From positions 1 to 54,125 of the forward strand of contig JBCDBH010000002.1 in the NCBI GenBank assembly GCA_039184055.1: a DNA stretch of 54,125 bases, read 5' to 3'. The notes beneath the pieces were generated by a model. That model made no database searches and had not been told where the DNA came from. It saw only the letters and a list, made by a program, of their open reading frames with translations. Each line of letters begins with the position of its first letter. Positions within the stretch are counted from its first letter, which is position 1. Position numbers and translations under genes: made by a program. Source of the stretch: Acidobacteriota bacterium (GTDB taxonomy: Bacteria > Acidobacteriota > Thermoanaerobaculia > Multivoradales > J023). Of the stretch, positions 28,018 to 37,864 are shown piece by piece.

Positions 28018-29780
28018 TCGCGACCTCGACCGAAGCGACTCACCCATGCCGAACGGGCCAGTTGGCTGGCGAGATAAAGAGGTGTGACCGCGGTCGGTGG
28101 CTCGAGCGAGCCGTCGAGATGCCGCTGCAAGGTCGTGGCGCGTCGCAGTTTGCCCGACGAGGTCCGAGGCAGGGTACCGGGAGCGAGCAGCCACACGTCG
28201 TCGGCTCGAAGTCCGGTTCGTGTCAGCACAGCTTCGCGGCACAGCGCCGGGAGCGCTTGGCGTGCTTCAGTCGAACTGTCGGCGCGGTATTCCACGAAAA
28301 GCCAGAGACGTTCGTGCTCGGCGTGTTCCGGGTGATGGCTCACCGCCACCACGCACCCACGCCGAACGCCCACCACTTCGTCGACCGCTTGTTCGATATC
28401 CGCCGGAGCGTGGTTGCGACCTCGCAAGATGATCACGTCTTTGGCGCGACCGGTGAGGAAGAGCCGGTTGTCCTGGTCGAGAAAGCCGAGGTCACCGGTA
28501 TCGAGCCAGCCGTCCCGCAGCACATCGGCGGTGGCGTCGGGACGATCGAAGTAACCACGCATCAGCGAAGGTCCACGCACCCACACATGACCGATACGTT
28601 CGGTGGCGAGAGTCCGCTGTTCAGCGTCACGGATCGCGACCAAGAACCCGGGTAGAGGTCGTCCGACCGACACCAGCTCGATGCCGTCGGAGCGGTGTTT
28701 GGCGATTCCGTGCCGACTCAGCGCCTCGCGATCGAAAGCGCGGCTCACGAACGGCGCATCGAGACGGTCGAACGTGACCGCCAAGGCCGCTTCGGAGAGT
28801 CCGTAGACAGGCGTGATCGCGTCCTCACGAAGACCATAGGGCGCAAAGCGACGGGTGAACCGTTTCAGAACAGCGGGCGAAATCGGCTCGGCACCGTTGA
28901 GAGCGACCTGCCAACCGCTCAGGTCGACTCCGTCGAGCTGATCGTCACGGATTCGATCGGCACACAGGCCGTAGGCGAAATTGGGTGCCACCGAGACCGT
29001 CGCGCGGCGTCGAGAGAGGGTGCGTAGCCAGATCGCGGGGCGCGCCACGAAGAGCTCGGGTGGAATGAGGGTCAGCTCGGAACCGGCGAAGAGCGCGGGC
29101 AGCACACAGCCGATCAGCCCCATGTCATGGTAGAGCGGCAGCCAAGAGACGCCGCTATGACGGGATCCGAGTGGTGGCGGAAAGCTACCGAGAATGACTT
29201 CGCCCTGACTCAGGAGCGCGCGATGTTCCAAGGCGACCGGTTTCGGGTCGACCGTCGTTCCCGAGGAGAATTGAATCAGGGCCAGATCGTCGGCCGATAC
29301 GGTCGTGGGCTCGAATGACTCGACGTTCGTAGGCAGCTCGTCGAGCCGGTGGAGGCCGAGCGGCACGCGAGCTCGTGCCATCGTTTCACCGAGTAGACGG
29401 CGGATACGTGGCGCGGCGAGCACCATTCGGCATCCGGCGGCGTCGAGCATGGTGGCGGTGCGCTTGTGGTACTCGTCGAGTCGGCCGAGTCGCACAGGTG
29501 GATAGAGCGGCACCGGTACGGCACCGAGCAAGACAACGCCGAAAAACGCTCGGAAAAAATCGGGTTCGGTGGCAAAGAGCAAAGCGACGCGGTCACCGGG
29601 CTCGACTCCTGACGCAACGAGTCTGGCGGCGATCGTCCGAGCTTCCCGTCGCAGGGTGAAGAAGTCGAGTGGGGTGTCGCGCTCGCGTCGATCGACGAAC
29701 CGCAGGCCGACATCGTCTCGGGGCGCGTCGCCCGCGGCGTGATCGAGCAAGGCGGCGAGCGTGGTCGGGGCGGTCGTCAT
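28014..29780 (-). CDS. Fatty acyl-AMP ligase (FAAL)
   Basis: LIQFSSGTTVDPK, SWLPLYHDMGLIG, APNFAY, NGAEPI, VYGLSEA, DTGDLG, LPRTSSGK. Confidence 0.9.
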   Translation of the reverse strand: MTTAPTTLAALLDHAAGDAPRDDVGLRFVDRRERDTPLDFFTLRREARTIAARLVASGVEPGDRVALLFATEPDFFRAFFGVVLLGAVPVPLYPPVRLGRLDEYHKRTATMLDAAGCRMVLAAPRIRRLLGETMARARVPLGLHRLDELPTNVESFEPTTVSADDLALIQFSSGTTVDPKPVALEHRALLSQGEVILGSFPPPLGSRHSGVSWLPLYHDMGLIGCVLPALFAGSELTLIPPELFVARPAIWLRTLSRRRATVSVAPNFAYGLCADRIRDDQLDGVDLSGWQVALNGAEPISPAVLKRFTRRFAPYGLREDAITPVYGLSEAALAVTFDRLDAPFVSRAFDREALSRHGIAKHRSDGIELVSVGRPLPGFLVAIRDAEQRTLATERIGHVWVRGPSLMRGYFDRPDATADVLRDGWLDTGDLGFLDQDNRLFLTGRAKDVIILRGRNHAPADIEQAVDEVVGVRRGCVVAVSHHPEHAEHERLWLFVEYRADSSTEARQALPALCREAVLTRTGLRADDVWLLAPGTLPRTSSGKLRRATTLQRHLDGSLEPPTAVTPLYLASQLARSAWVSRFGRGRE

Positions 29781-29784
29781 GACA

Positions 29785-30084
29785 TCAGGCCTGATCGAGT
29801 GCGGCGATCTTGGCCTCGATCAGAGCGACCAGATCACCGACCGTGTCGATGTGAGCTTCGTCATCCTCATCGAGGCAGATTCGGTAGTGATCCTCGACCG
29901 CCACCGCCAGGCTCAGGAGCTGGAGCGAGTCGAGAGCGAGATCTTCGACCAGCCGTTTGTCGCTCGTCACCGTCCCCTCGTAGTCCAGGTTCTCACGCGC
30001 GATCGTCGTGATGGTGTCGAGGATCGATGCCATGGAGGGTCCGCCGTTCTCTGCTTCGTCGCTGCTCATATCGTCGTCGCTCAC
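29785..30084 (-). CDS. Acyl carrier protein
   Basis: LVEDLALDSLQLLSL phosphopantetheine motif; TVGDLV; start could be 30084, 30069 or 30033. Confidence 0.88.
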   Translation of the reverse strand: MSDDDMSSDEAENGGPSMASILDTITTIARENLDYEGTVTSDKRLVEDLALDSLQLLSLAVAVEDHYRICLDEDDEAHIDTVGDLVALIEAKIAALDQA

Positions 30085-30656
30085 TCCGGCGTGTTCCCGG
30101 TGGGAAACGACGGCACGCCTGTCATCACCCGCTGCCAATCGGCGTACTCGCGCAGCGCGGCCTCCTCGACGCGGATTCTCGCTCGCAGCACGAGAAGGTT
30201 GAGTGAGCCGTACACCAACGCGGTCCACCAGGCTGTGTGAATCAGCGGCAGAGCAATGACTTCGATGATCACGGCCACGTAGTTCGGATGACGAAAGAAC
30301 TGGTAGGGACCCCGTCGGATCGCGGTTTCACCTGGAACCACCACCACGGTGGTCGTCCACCGCTCACCGAGGCTGACGATCGCCCAATAGCGCAGCATCA
30401 TGCTGAGCCCGACCAAGGCGAGCGCGGGCCAGCCGAGCCAAGGGAGAAACGGGCGATCGAACCACCACGCTTCGAGCGGGGCGACGGCGAGCAGCGAGGC
30501 ATGGAGCGCCACCATGAACGGATAGTGCCGTTGTCCGAGGATCTTGCCGCCACGGGCGAGGAGCTTGCGCGTATGTCGGCGCGTCAGCACCAGCTCGAGC
30601 AGACGCTCGATCACCACCAGCCCGATGATCACGAGAAATCCGGTGAACGTCGACAT
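30081..30656 (-). CDS. Isoprenylcysteine carboxyl methyltransferase family protein (SrsB-like O-methyltransferase)
   Basis: ERLLEL, HYPFMVALH, LGERWTT, GPYQFFRHPNYVAV, RIRVEE. Confidence 0.9.
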   Translation of the reverse strand: MSTFTGFLVIIGLVVIERLLELVLTRRHTRKLLARGGKILGQRHYPFMVALHASLLAVAPLEAWWFDRPFLPWLGWPALALVGLSMMLRYWAIVSLGERWTTTVVVVPGETAIRRGPYQFFRHPNYVAVIIEVIALPLIHTAWWTALVYGSLNLLVLRARIRVEEAALREYADWQRVMTGVPSFPTGNTPE

Positions 30657-31714
30657 CAGAAACGCAGCAGGACCAGCTCCGAGCAAAAACCCGGGCCCAT
30701 GGCCATCATCAATGCCCGATCACCCGCCGCCGGGGGTGATTCGAGAACCTCTTCGAGTACCAAGAGCACCGAGGTCGACGACAGATTGCCGACTTCGCGC
30801 AGGCTTCGCCAGGTCGGCTCGAGCGCGTCGTCGGGTAGCGCGAGGGTCGTGGCCATCGCTTCGAGCACTTTCGGGCCGCCAGGATGGGCGATCCAGCGGC
30901 TGATGTCGTCTCGGGTGAGCCCGTGGGCGCCGAGGAAGGTGTCGACGTCACGGCCGAGGTGCTCGGTCACCATCTTGGGGACGTCGGCGGACAAGACGAT
31001 GCCAAAACCTCGCTCCGAGATTTTCCAGCCCATGACGTCTTCGGTGTCGGGATAGAAAACCGAGCGGGTGTCCACCACGCGTGGGCATGGCCGGCTGCTT
31101 GCGCACGCCGCTCCACGTACGACCACTGCCGCCGCACCGTCACCGAAGAGACCCGAAGCGATCAGATTGGCGACCGACAGATCTTCTCGTTGCAAGGTGA
31201 GCGAACAGAGTTCCACCGAGAGCAGCACCGCAGTGTGCTCGGGGAACGCGCGAACATAGTCGGCCGCGCGCGCGATCCCGGCCGCGCCCGCGACACAGCC
31301 CAGGCCAAAGAGAGGGGTTCGTTTGATCCGTGGTGGGAGCCCGAGATCGTTGACCAGCCGAGCGTCGAGTGACGGTGTGGCGAGTCCGGTGACGGTGGTC
31401 GAGAAGATCGCGTCGACTTGGGATGCATCGAGCTCCGCGATGTCGAGAGCCTTGCGCAGCGCTTCTCCACCGACTCGCCGCGCGACGCGAATCCACGCGT
31501 CATTCGCTTCGCCCCAGGTGGTCAGCTCGTCGTAGGCGTCGATCGGCAAAGCCAGATGGCGACCACCCACCAGGACGTTGCGGTGCAAGCGCTCGAGACG
31601 ATCTGTGTTGTGATGTTCCCGACCCCAGACTTGTTTGAAAGCCTCGAGCAAGGTCTCTTGGTCGTAGTAGTGATCCGGAAAGGCGTGACCTACCGCGGTG
31701 ATCTGCACGCTCAA
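30656..31714 (-). CDS. Type III polyketide synthase (SrsA/FtpA-like)
   Basis: Catalytic Cys GLGCVAG, His AHPGG, Asn GNLSS; LFGDGAAA; MGPGF. Confidence 0.95.
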   Translation of the reverse strand: MSVQITAVGHAFPDHYYDQETLLEAFKQVWGREHHNTDRLERLHRNVLVGGRHLALPIDAYDELTTWGEANDAWIRVARRVGGEALRKALDIAELDASQVDAIFSTTVTGLATPSLDARLVNDLGLPPRIKRTPLFGLGCVAGAAGIARAADYVRAFPEHTAVLLSVELCSLTLQREDLSVANLIASGLFGDGAAAVVVRGAACASSRPCPRVVDTRSVFYPDTEDVMGWKISERGFGIVLSADVPKMVTEHLGRDVDTFLGAHGLTRDDISRWIAHPGGPKVLEAMATTLALPDDALEPTWRSLREVGNLSSTSVLLVLEEVLESPPAAGDRALMMAMGPGFCSELVLLRF

Positions 31715-32400
31715 TCGTCCGTCGGATCGTCGTCGTCGGAGTCGTCGTGGCCAGTAGAGCGGGTGACGCGTGAGGTCGTGGCGGGGGTCGGCGTCGACAC
31801 GGTCGGTGCCGGTGGCACGTTGTCGTAGCGCCTCCCGTCGTCGTCCCCTTCGTCGCTGTTCTCGTCTTCCCCGGCCTCGTCTTCATCGTGCGTGTCGATC
31901 GTCAGCTCGGATGGTGTGCTCGCCATCGCGTCGTCGAGATGCGAATCGGGAGGCGTCGTGATCGACGTCGCGGCCACGGTCGCCGCGCTCGCGGTTGCGC
32001 GTTTCGTCATTGGCCGGCCGAGCATCGCCAACACCAAGCCGCAGGCGGTGTAGAGACCGAACCAACCGAGGGCAAGCTGCCACCAGGGCTCGTGTGGCTG
32101 TCGCGCGGCGAGCACGATGGTGATGACCAGGAGCGGGCCTCGGAAGATCCAGGCGATCCAGCCGGTCACCAAACCGTCCAGCCACCACGTGCCACTGCGA
32201 CCCTGAAGGAGGAGAAAGAGTGCGATCAGACCGACCGCTTCGAGTAGCCAGCTACCGATGACGATCTGGCCATCGATCGGGGCGCCGAGACGAGGAATCG
32301 TGCCCGTTTCGACATCCAAGCCGCTCAGATCGACCACAAAGCCGAAAAAAGCGAAGAGCAGAAGGAGGATGGGAAACGCCAGGGCGAGAAAACGAATCAC
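31711..32400 (-). CDS. Hypothetical integral membrane protein with acidic disordered tail
   Basis: About four hydrophobic segments then a Thr/Asp/Glu-rich tail; 4-nt overlap with the PKS gene. Confidence 0.65.
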   Translation of the reverse strand: MIRFLALAFPILLLLFAFFGFVVDLSGLDVETGTIPRLGAPIDGQIVIGSWLLEAVGLIALFLLLQGRSGTWWLDGLVTGWIAWIFRGPLLVITIVLAARQPHEPWWQLALGWFGLYTACGLVLAMLGRPMTKRATASAATVAATSITTPPDSHLDDAMASTPSELTIDTHDEDEAGEDENSDEGDDDGRRYDNVPPAPTVSTPTPATTSRVTRSTGHDDSDDDDPTDD

Positions 32401-32416
32401 CCGGCGATGCTACCAG

Positions 32417-33799
32417 TTACTCGCCAGCGGAATCGATGCCGTCGAGTACCGGTGTACCCGTGGCCATGGGATCGAGCCAGTCGCGCAAGCGCGTATCGGG
32501 AGTCGGACCGTCCCAAGCCGCCGACAGCCGGCCGAACCAATCGGGCTCATCGGCGCCACACGCCGCCCAGCCGCCGTGCAGCTGGCCGATCACCCGGTGA
32601 TGCTCATCGAAGAGCGGCGCACCCGAGGAGCCTCCTTCGGTCGTGCCCAGGTCCCAGCTCGCGACCCGTAGATGGCTGCCATCGCCGGGGACGTCGTCAC
32701 CCAGATGACTGGTCGGCACCGCGCCCACGGAGCTGTAGGCGATCCGCTTGGCGTCGGTATTCGGGTGGTGAATCACCGTCGCTTCCGCGACGGCTCGATG
32801 CCGTCGATCCCATCCCGCGTAATACACCCGATGGCGGGCTTTCGGGATGTCATCGAGCTCGAGAAGAGCGAAATCCGTGTCGTCGTGCCCGGCCAGCCAC
32901 CGCGCGCCCGTTTGGAATCGGCGCAGATCACCAGCCTGGTACGAGCTGGCGCCGCGTCGACATACCCGGCTTTGGTGTCCCCAGAACACCACCACCGAAG
33001 CCGCATTGGTTTCGTCGATACCGCAATGCTTCGCGGTCAAGAAAAGCGGCCGTCCATCCTCAGCGGTGTTGTTGAGCAAGAAGCCGGTGCAGAAATGCCT
33101 GCCCGCCACCGACACCAACGCGACCGCGCGTGCCTCGTTGCGCCAGTCCGCGGCGGGAGGGCACGTCACATCGACGTTGCAGGCGCCCGAGCGTGGCTGG
33201 GGCTCACCGAATCCAGCATAGCCGTGGTTGATCCAGCTCAACTCGAGATCGTAGCGGCGTAGCTTGTTCGCCGGCAACGTGAGCTCGACGATCAGATCGT
33301 CGGTCGGCAGAGGTGGTGTCCACAGCTCACCGTGGGTTTCGTTGTCACGAGCGGTAAAGGGGCCGACCACCTGTCCTCGGCCGGTCGTGGCATAAATCCG
33401 CAACGTGCCACCCTTGGGCATGCGGTAGCGCGAAAACCCCAGATTGAGCGAGTAGGCGTCACGCGAGATCAACCGCAGTCGCCAGACCCACGAGCCATCG
33501 TCGCGTTGTTCCCACGTACCGTGACTCGAGGGCGTGATCCGTACCGCATGAGGCACCGCATAGCGCGCGGTTTGTCCCGCCTCGGTCGCCTCGAAATCCT
33601 GTCGCTTGGCGACCTCCTCGTCGACCCGTGGCAGCACCACCCGCTCGATCACCTCGACACCGAGCAACTTGGCGTCCAGACGCACTGGATCCGCCGCGAT
33701 GGCGGGCATCGCGACAAAAACAATCAGGAGGGCGAGGAGAAAATGACGGCTCACGGTCGCTAGGTACGGCTCGGGAGTTTCAGAGTTGAGGCGACGCAC
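32417..33799 (-). CDS. Secreted trypsin-like serine protease, lysyl endopeptidase family
   Basis: Signal and propeptide; CNVDVTC, FLTAKHC (His), DTDFALLEL (Asp), TEGGSSGAPLF (Ser), GQLHGG, LRDWLDP. Confidence 0.85.
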   Translation of the reverse strand: MRRLNSETPEPYLATVSRHFLLALLIVFVAMPAIAADPVRLDAKLLGVEVIERVVLPRVDEEVAKRQDFEATEAGQTARYAVPHAVRITPSSHGTWEQRDDGSWVWRLRLISRDAYSLNLGFSRYRMPKGGTLRIYATTGRGQVVGPFTARDNETHGELWTPPLPTDDLIVELTLPANKLRRYDLELSWINHGYAGFGEPQPRSGACNVDVTCPPAADWRNEARAVALVSVAGRHFCTGFLLNNTAEDGRPLFLTAKHCGIDETNAASVVVFWGHQSRVCRRGASSYQAGDLRRFQTGARWLAGHDDTDFALLELDDIPKARHRVYYAGWDRRHRAVAEATVIHHPNTDAKRIAYSSVGAVPTSHLGDDVPGDGSHLRVASWDLGTTEGGSSGAPLFDEHHRVIGQLHGGWAACGADEPDWFGRLSAAWDGPTPDTRLRDWLDPMATGTPVLDGIDSAGE

Positions 33800-33911
33800 G
33801 CCCGCTTCGGTCTCAAAAATACCATAGCTCTTCTGTTCACAACATTTCGAGCCGATGATTTACAGGATTTGTCCAGCGGCTGAACGTCCATCGCCGAGCT
33901 GATTCCACACC

Positions 33912-34490
33912 TCAGCGTGTCTGACTTTCGGCTGGAGCACCTTCCGTGGCCTCGAGCAACGAGTCGATTTCCGCGCGTAGATTCTCCGACACCTCCGTGA
34001 CCGAGCCGAAACCTTCGTGCCGAAAACGCACCGTCCCTGAAGCATCGATCACCAGCGTCGTCGGGATCTTGAAGATCCCTAGCTCCTTCGCCAGCTTCTG
34101 TGTCGTATCGAACGCCGTCGGAAACGTATAGCCGTTCTTTTGAATCAACCCTCGCGCGCGCAGAAGCGAATCGTTCCAGCCCGTGTTCAGCATCAAGAAC
34201 TCCACCTTGCCGTCGTAATGATCGTAGAGCTCCTGCAACGCCGGCATCGCATTCAGACACGGCTGACACCACGTCGCCCAGAAATCGACCACCCACACCT
34301 TGCCCGCGAAATCCTCGGAACGGACCATCGAGCCGTCAAATGCGGTGACTTGAAACGGGGCGAGCTCTTTTCCGACGAGGGTATCGGTGTCAGTGGCCTG
34401 GGCGGGAGTGAGGGCGAGCGTGAGTAGGAGGCAAAACAAGGGAAAGGGACGAAAAAAGGTCCTGCGTTCGCGGATCGAGATGCGTTTCAT
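33912..34490 (-). CDS. TlpA/ResA-family thiol-disulfide oxidoreductase
   Basis: VDFWATWCQPC, IPTTLVID; signal peptide. Confidence 0.9.
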   Translation of the reverse strand: MKRISIRERRTFFRPFPLFCLLLTLALTPAQATDTDTLVGKELAPFQVTAFDGSMVRSEDFAGKVWVVDFWATWCQPCLNAMPALQELYDHYDGKVEFLMLNTGWNDSLLRARGLIQKNGYTFPTAFDTTQKLAKELGIFKIPTTLVIDASGTVRFRHEGFGSVTEVSENLRAEIDSLLEATEGAPAESQTR

Positions 34491-34583
34491 TCCACGGATC
34501 GTAGCCGCCTACGGCCTGGACGCTTCGAATGCCGTGATTCGTTGACGTGATATTTACCTGCGACCCTGTCGGCCGCAACGCGT

Positions 34584-36542
34584 TCAGCTCCCCAGCTCCA
34601 CTCGATCGCGAAAGTACTCCAAGGCTTCGGGGTTGGCGAGGGCGTGGGCGTTGTCGACGGCGCGGCCTTCGACGACGGCTTTGACGGCGAGCTCGGTGAT
34701 TTTGCCGCTTCGTGTCCTCGGCAGGTCGTCGACTTGGAGGATGACCCTGGGCACGTGATGGGGCGAGGCGTGATGACGGACGCGGAGTTTGATCTTTTCC
34801 CGTAGGTCGTCGTCGAGTCGGTGGCCGGGCTGCATGCGTACGAAGAGGACGATGCGGACGTCGTCTTGCCAGGTCTGGCCGATGACGAGGCTTTCGAGAA
34901 TAGTGTCGAAGGTCTCGACTTGGCGATAGATCTCGGCGGTGCCGATGCGGACGCCACCGGGGTTGAGGGTGGCGTCGCTCCGACCGTGGATGATGAGGCC
35001 GCCACGTTCGGTGAGGGTGGCCCAATCGCCGTGACGCCAGATGCCTTCGAAGTGGTCGAAGTAGGCGCGGTGGTAGCGCTCGCCCTCGGGGTCGTTCCAG
35101 AAGGCGACCGGCATGGAGGGGAACGGCTTGGTGCAGCAGAGCTCGCCGGGTTCGCCGACGATCGCCTCGGTGTCGGGGTCGAGGATTTCGACGCTCATCC
35201 CGAGTCCGCGTGTCTGCAGCTCGCCTCGATGGACTGGGCCGATGGGGTTGCCGAGCGCGAAGCAGGAGACGATGTCGGTGCCGCCGCTGATCGAGGCGAG
35301 GAGAAGATCGCCTTTGATCTCGCGGTAGACGTAGTCGTAGCTTTCGGGCAGCAAGGGCGAGCCCGTGGAGAGGATGGTCTGGAGCGCGCTGAGATCGTGG
35401 TCGCGACCGGGATGGAGATCGGCTTTTTCGATCAGGGCGAGGTATTTGGCGCTGGTGCCGAAGACGGTGAGACGTTCGGTGGCGGCGAGACGCCAGAGGA
35501 TGTCGGGCTCGGGTTTGACGATGGCACCGTCGTAGAGGACGACGGTGGCGCCGACGGCGAGGGCGCTGGCGAGCCAATTCCACATCATCCAGCCACAGGT
35601 GGTCACGTAGAGGATGCGATCGTTCGCACTTAGATCGGTGTGGAGGATGTGTTCTTTGAGGTGCTGAATGAGGGTGCCACCGGCGCCGTGCACCATGCAT
35701 TTCGGGAGCCCGGTCGTACCCGAGCTGTAGAGGATGTAGAGCGGGTGGTCGAACGGTAAGGGTTCGAAAGAAAGCTCGGCGTCGCGCTGGGCAAAATCCG
35801 CCCAGGTGACGGCATTCGGGACGTCGCACGTGCTTTCGCCATAGGGGGCGATGACGACGGTCTCGACGCTCGGTAGCTTCTCGACGATCGTCGCGACTTT
35901 GCTCAACGAGTCGTACGACTTGCCACTGTAGACATAGCCCCGCGCGGTGATCAGAACCTTGGGCTCGATTTGCCCGAAGCGATCGAGCACGCCTTCGACC
36001 CCGAAGTCGGGGCTGGACGAGCTCCACACCGCGCCGAGGCTGGTGGTGGCGAGCATGGCGATGATGGCTTCGGGGATGTTGGGTAGGAAACCGGCGACAC
36101 GGTCGCCCTGCCCGACCCCAGCGGCACGCAGACCCGCGGCGAAGGCGGCGACTTCTTGGCGTAGCGCTTCCCAGGTGAGGGTGCGGTGACGACCGTTTTC
36201 GTTCCAGGCGACGATGGCTTCTTTGTCGCCGTCCTCTCCTTCACCGTCTCGCCGCAGCAGGTTCTCGGCAAAGTTGAGCCGGGCTCCGGGGAAGAAACGT
36301 GCGCTCCGTGGATCGGAACCATCGCCCGGATCAAAAACGACACTTCCCATGTCGCCGTGGATGTCTCCGAGCTCCCACATACGACGCCAGAAGTCGGCGG
36401 GATGGTCGACCGACCACTGCCATAGCGAGGCCATGTCGGTGACGTCGGCTACGTCTTTGCCGACATCACGAAGAAAGCGGCCGAGACGTGTCGCCTCGGC
36501 CCGCTCAGGCGTGGGTTGCCACAGGGGAGTGGCGTCGTTCAT
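34584..36542 (-). CDS. Acetoacetate-CoA ligase
   Basis: FFPGARLNFAENLL, YSSGTTGLPKCMVH, GWMMWNW, SISGGTD, GRSDATLNPGGVRIG, LANPEAL. Confidence 0.93.
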   Translation of the reverse strand: MNDATPLWQPTPERAEATRLGRFLRDVGKDVADVTDMASLWQWSVDHPADFWRRMWELGDIHGDMGSVVFDPGDGSDPRSARFFPGARLNFAENLLRRDGEGEDGDKEAIVAWNENGRHRTLTWEALRQEVAAFAAGLRAAGVGQGDRVAGFLPNIPEAIIAMLATTSLGAVWSSSSPDFGVEGVLDRFGQIEPKVLITARGYVYSGKSYDSLSKVATIVEKLPSVETVVIAPYGESTCDVPNAVTWADFAQRDAELSFEPLPFDHPLYILYSSGTTGLPKCMVHGAGGTLIQHLKEHILHTDLSANDRILYVTTCGWMMWNWLASALAVGATVVLYDGAIVKPEPDILWRLAATERLTVFGTSAKYLALIEKADLHPGRDHDLSALQTILSTGSPLLPESYDYVYREIKGDLLLASISGGTDIVSCFALGNPIGPVHRGELQTRGLGMSVEILDPDTEAIVGEPGELCCTKPFPSMPVAFWNDPEGERYHRAYFDHFEGIWRHGDWATLTERGGLIIHGRSDATLNPGGVRIGTAEIYRQVETFDTILESLVIGQTWQDDVRIVLFVRMQPGHRLDDDLREKIKLRVRHHASPHHVPRVILQVDDLPRTRSGKITELAVKAVVEGRAVDNAHALANPEALEYFRDRVELGS

Positions 36543-37864
36543 CGATCGAGCGCCGGCTCGACTACGCCGGTGCATTCACCAAAGCCGATCCGCACGGCCC
36601 CGTCACGCTCACAATGACCGCGCAGGGTGATCTCGTCGCCGTCCTGGAGGAAGACACGACGCTCGCCGCCGATCTCGAGTGGCTCTTTGCCGGCCCAGGC
36701 CAGCTCGAGCAGGCAACCTCGGTTGTCCTTGTCGGGACCGGAGACGGTACCGCTGGCCAGGAGGTCGCCGGGTCGAAGGTTGCAGCCATTCGAGGCGTGA
36801 TGCGTGAGCATTTGTTGCGCGGTCCAGTACATGTGACGGAAGTTGCCGTGTGACAGACGCTGGGGTGCGTCGCCTCGGTTGCGCATGGCTTCCGTACGAA
36901 TGAGGACTTCCAGCTTCATGTCGATCCCGCCGGTTTGGCGATGCTCGTCACTGTCGAGATGCGGCAGCGGCTGAGGGTCGTCGCTGGCGCGCTCGAAGGC
37001 GGGCACGCGGAACGGAGCCAAGGCGTCCCGCGTCACGATCCACGGCGAGATGCTGGTGAGAAAGCTCTTGCCGAGGAAGGGGCCCAGCGGCTGGTATTCC
37101 CATTTCTGGATGTCACGCGCCGACCAGTCGTTGACCAGGCAAAAGCCGAAGATCTGATCGCCCGCGTCGCGGAGCGAAACCGGCTCGCCGAGCGCGTTGC
37201 CCTGGCCGACCACGAAGCCGACTTCGAGCTCGTAGTCGAGCCTAACCGACGGTGCGTAGACCGGTGGTCCGTCGTCGTTCTTCAGCTGGCCGTGCGGGCG
37301 TCGCACCGAGGTGCCACTCACCACCACCGAGGAGGCCCGACCGTGGTACCCCACCGGCAGGTGCTTGTAGTTGGGCATGAGCGGGTTGTCGGGGCGAAAC
37401 ATGCTGCCGACGTTGGTGGCATGATGGATCGAGCAATAAAAGTCGGTGTAGTCACCCACCGAGATCGGCAGGTGCATCGCCGCATCGCGCATCGGAATGA
37501 GCGCTTGCTCGATCGAGCTGCGAGCATCGCCCGGTCCCCCCGCGGCGAGCAGCAGGTGAAGGCGGCGGCGCAACGCGGTCCAGTGAATCGGACCGAGCGC
37601 GAGCAGAGGGTTGAGGTCGTCTGCCTCGGAGCACACGCGGCCAGCGACTTCGGCGTCGCCTTCGCAAAGCTCGAGATCGAAGCACCGCGATAAATCGAGG
37701 ATCTGGTCGCCGATCGCGACACCGATCCGGGGCCGATCATGACTGTCGTTGCGGCGGCTGAAGACACCGAACGGAAGGTTCTGGAGTGGAAAGTCGGTGT
37801 CGGCGTGATTCGCCGATTCGATCCAGCTATGACGTCCAGGGTCGTGAGTTTCGTCGAGGCTCAT
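36539..37864 (-). CDS. fahA: Fumarylacetoacetase
   Basis: DFPLQNLPFGVF, GDYTDFY, GYHGRASS, LDYELE, NDWSARDIQKWEYQPLGPF, IGFGECTG. Confidence 0.95.
   Translation of the reverse strand: MSLDETHDPGRHSWIESANHADTDFPLQNLPFGVFSRRNDSHDRPRIGVAIGDQILDLSRCFDLELCEGDAEVAGRVCSEADDLNPLLALGPIHWTALRRRLHLLLAAGGPGDARSSIEQALIPMRDAAMHLPISVGDYTDFYCSIHHATNVGSMFRPDNPLMPNYKHLPVGYHGRASSVVVSGTSVRRPHGQLKNDDGPPVYAPSVRLDYELEVGFVVGQGNALGEPVSLRDAGDQIFGFCLVNDWSARDIQKWEYQPLGPFLGKSFLTSISPWIVTRDALAPFRVPAFERASDDPQPLPHLDSDEHRQTGGIDMKLEVLIRTEAMRNRGDAPQRLSHGNFRHMYWTAQQMLTHHASNGCNLRPGDLLASGTVSGPDKDNRGCLLELAWAGKEPLEIGGERRVFLQDGDEITLRGHCERDGAVRIGFGECTGVVEPALDR

Noticed and set aside
34390-36027. 545-aa Arg/Pro-rich ORF in an alternative frame
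   Set aside because: Same-strand shadow of acetoacetate-CoA ligase caused by GC-biased codon usage; no motifs.
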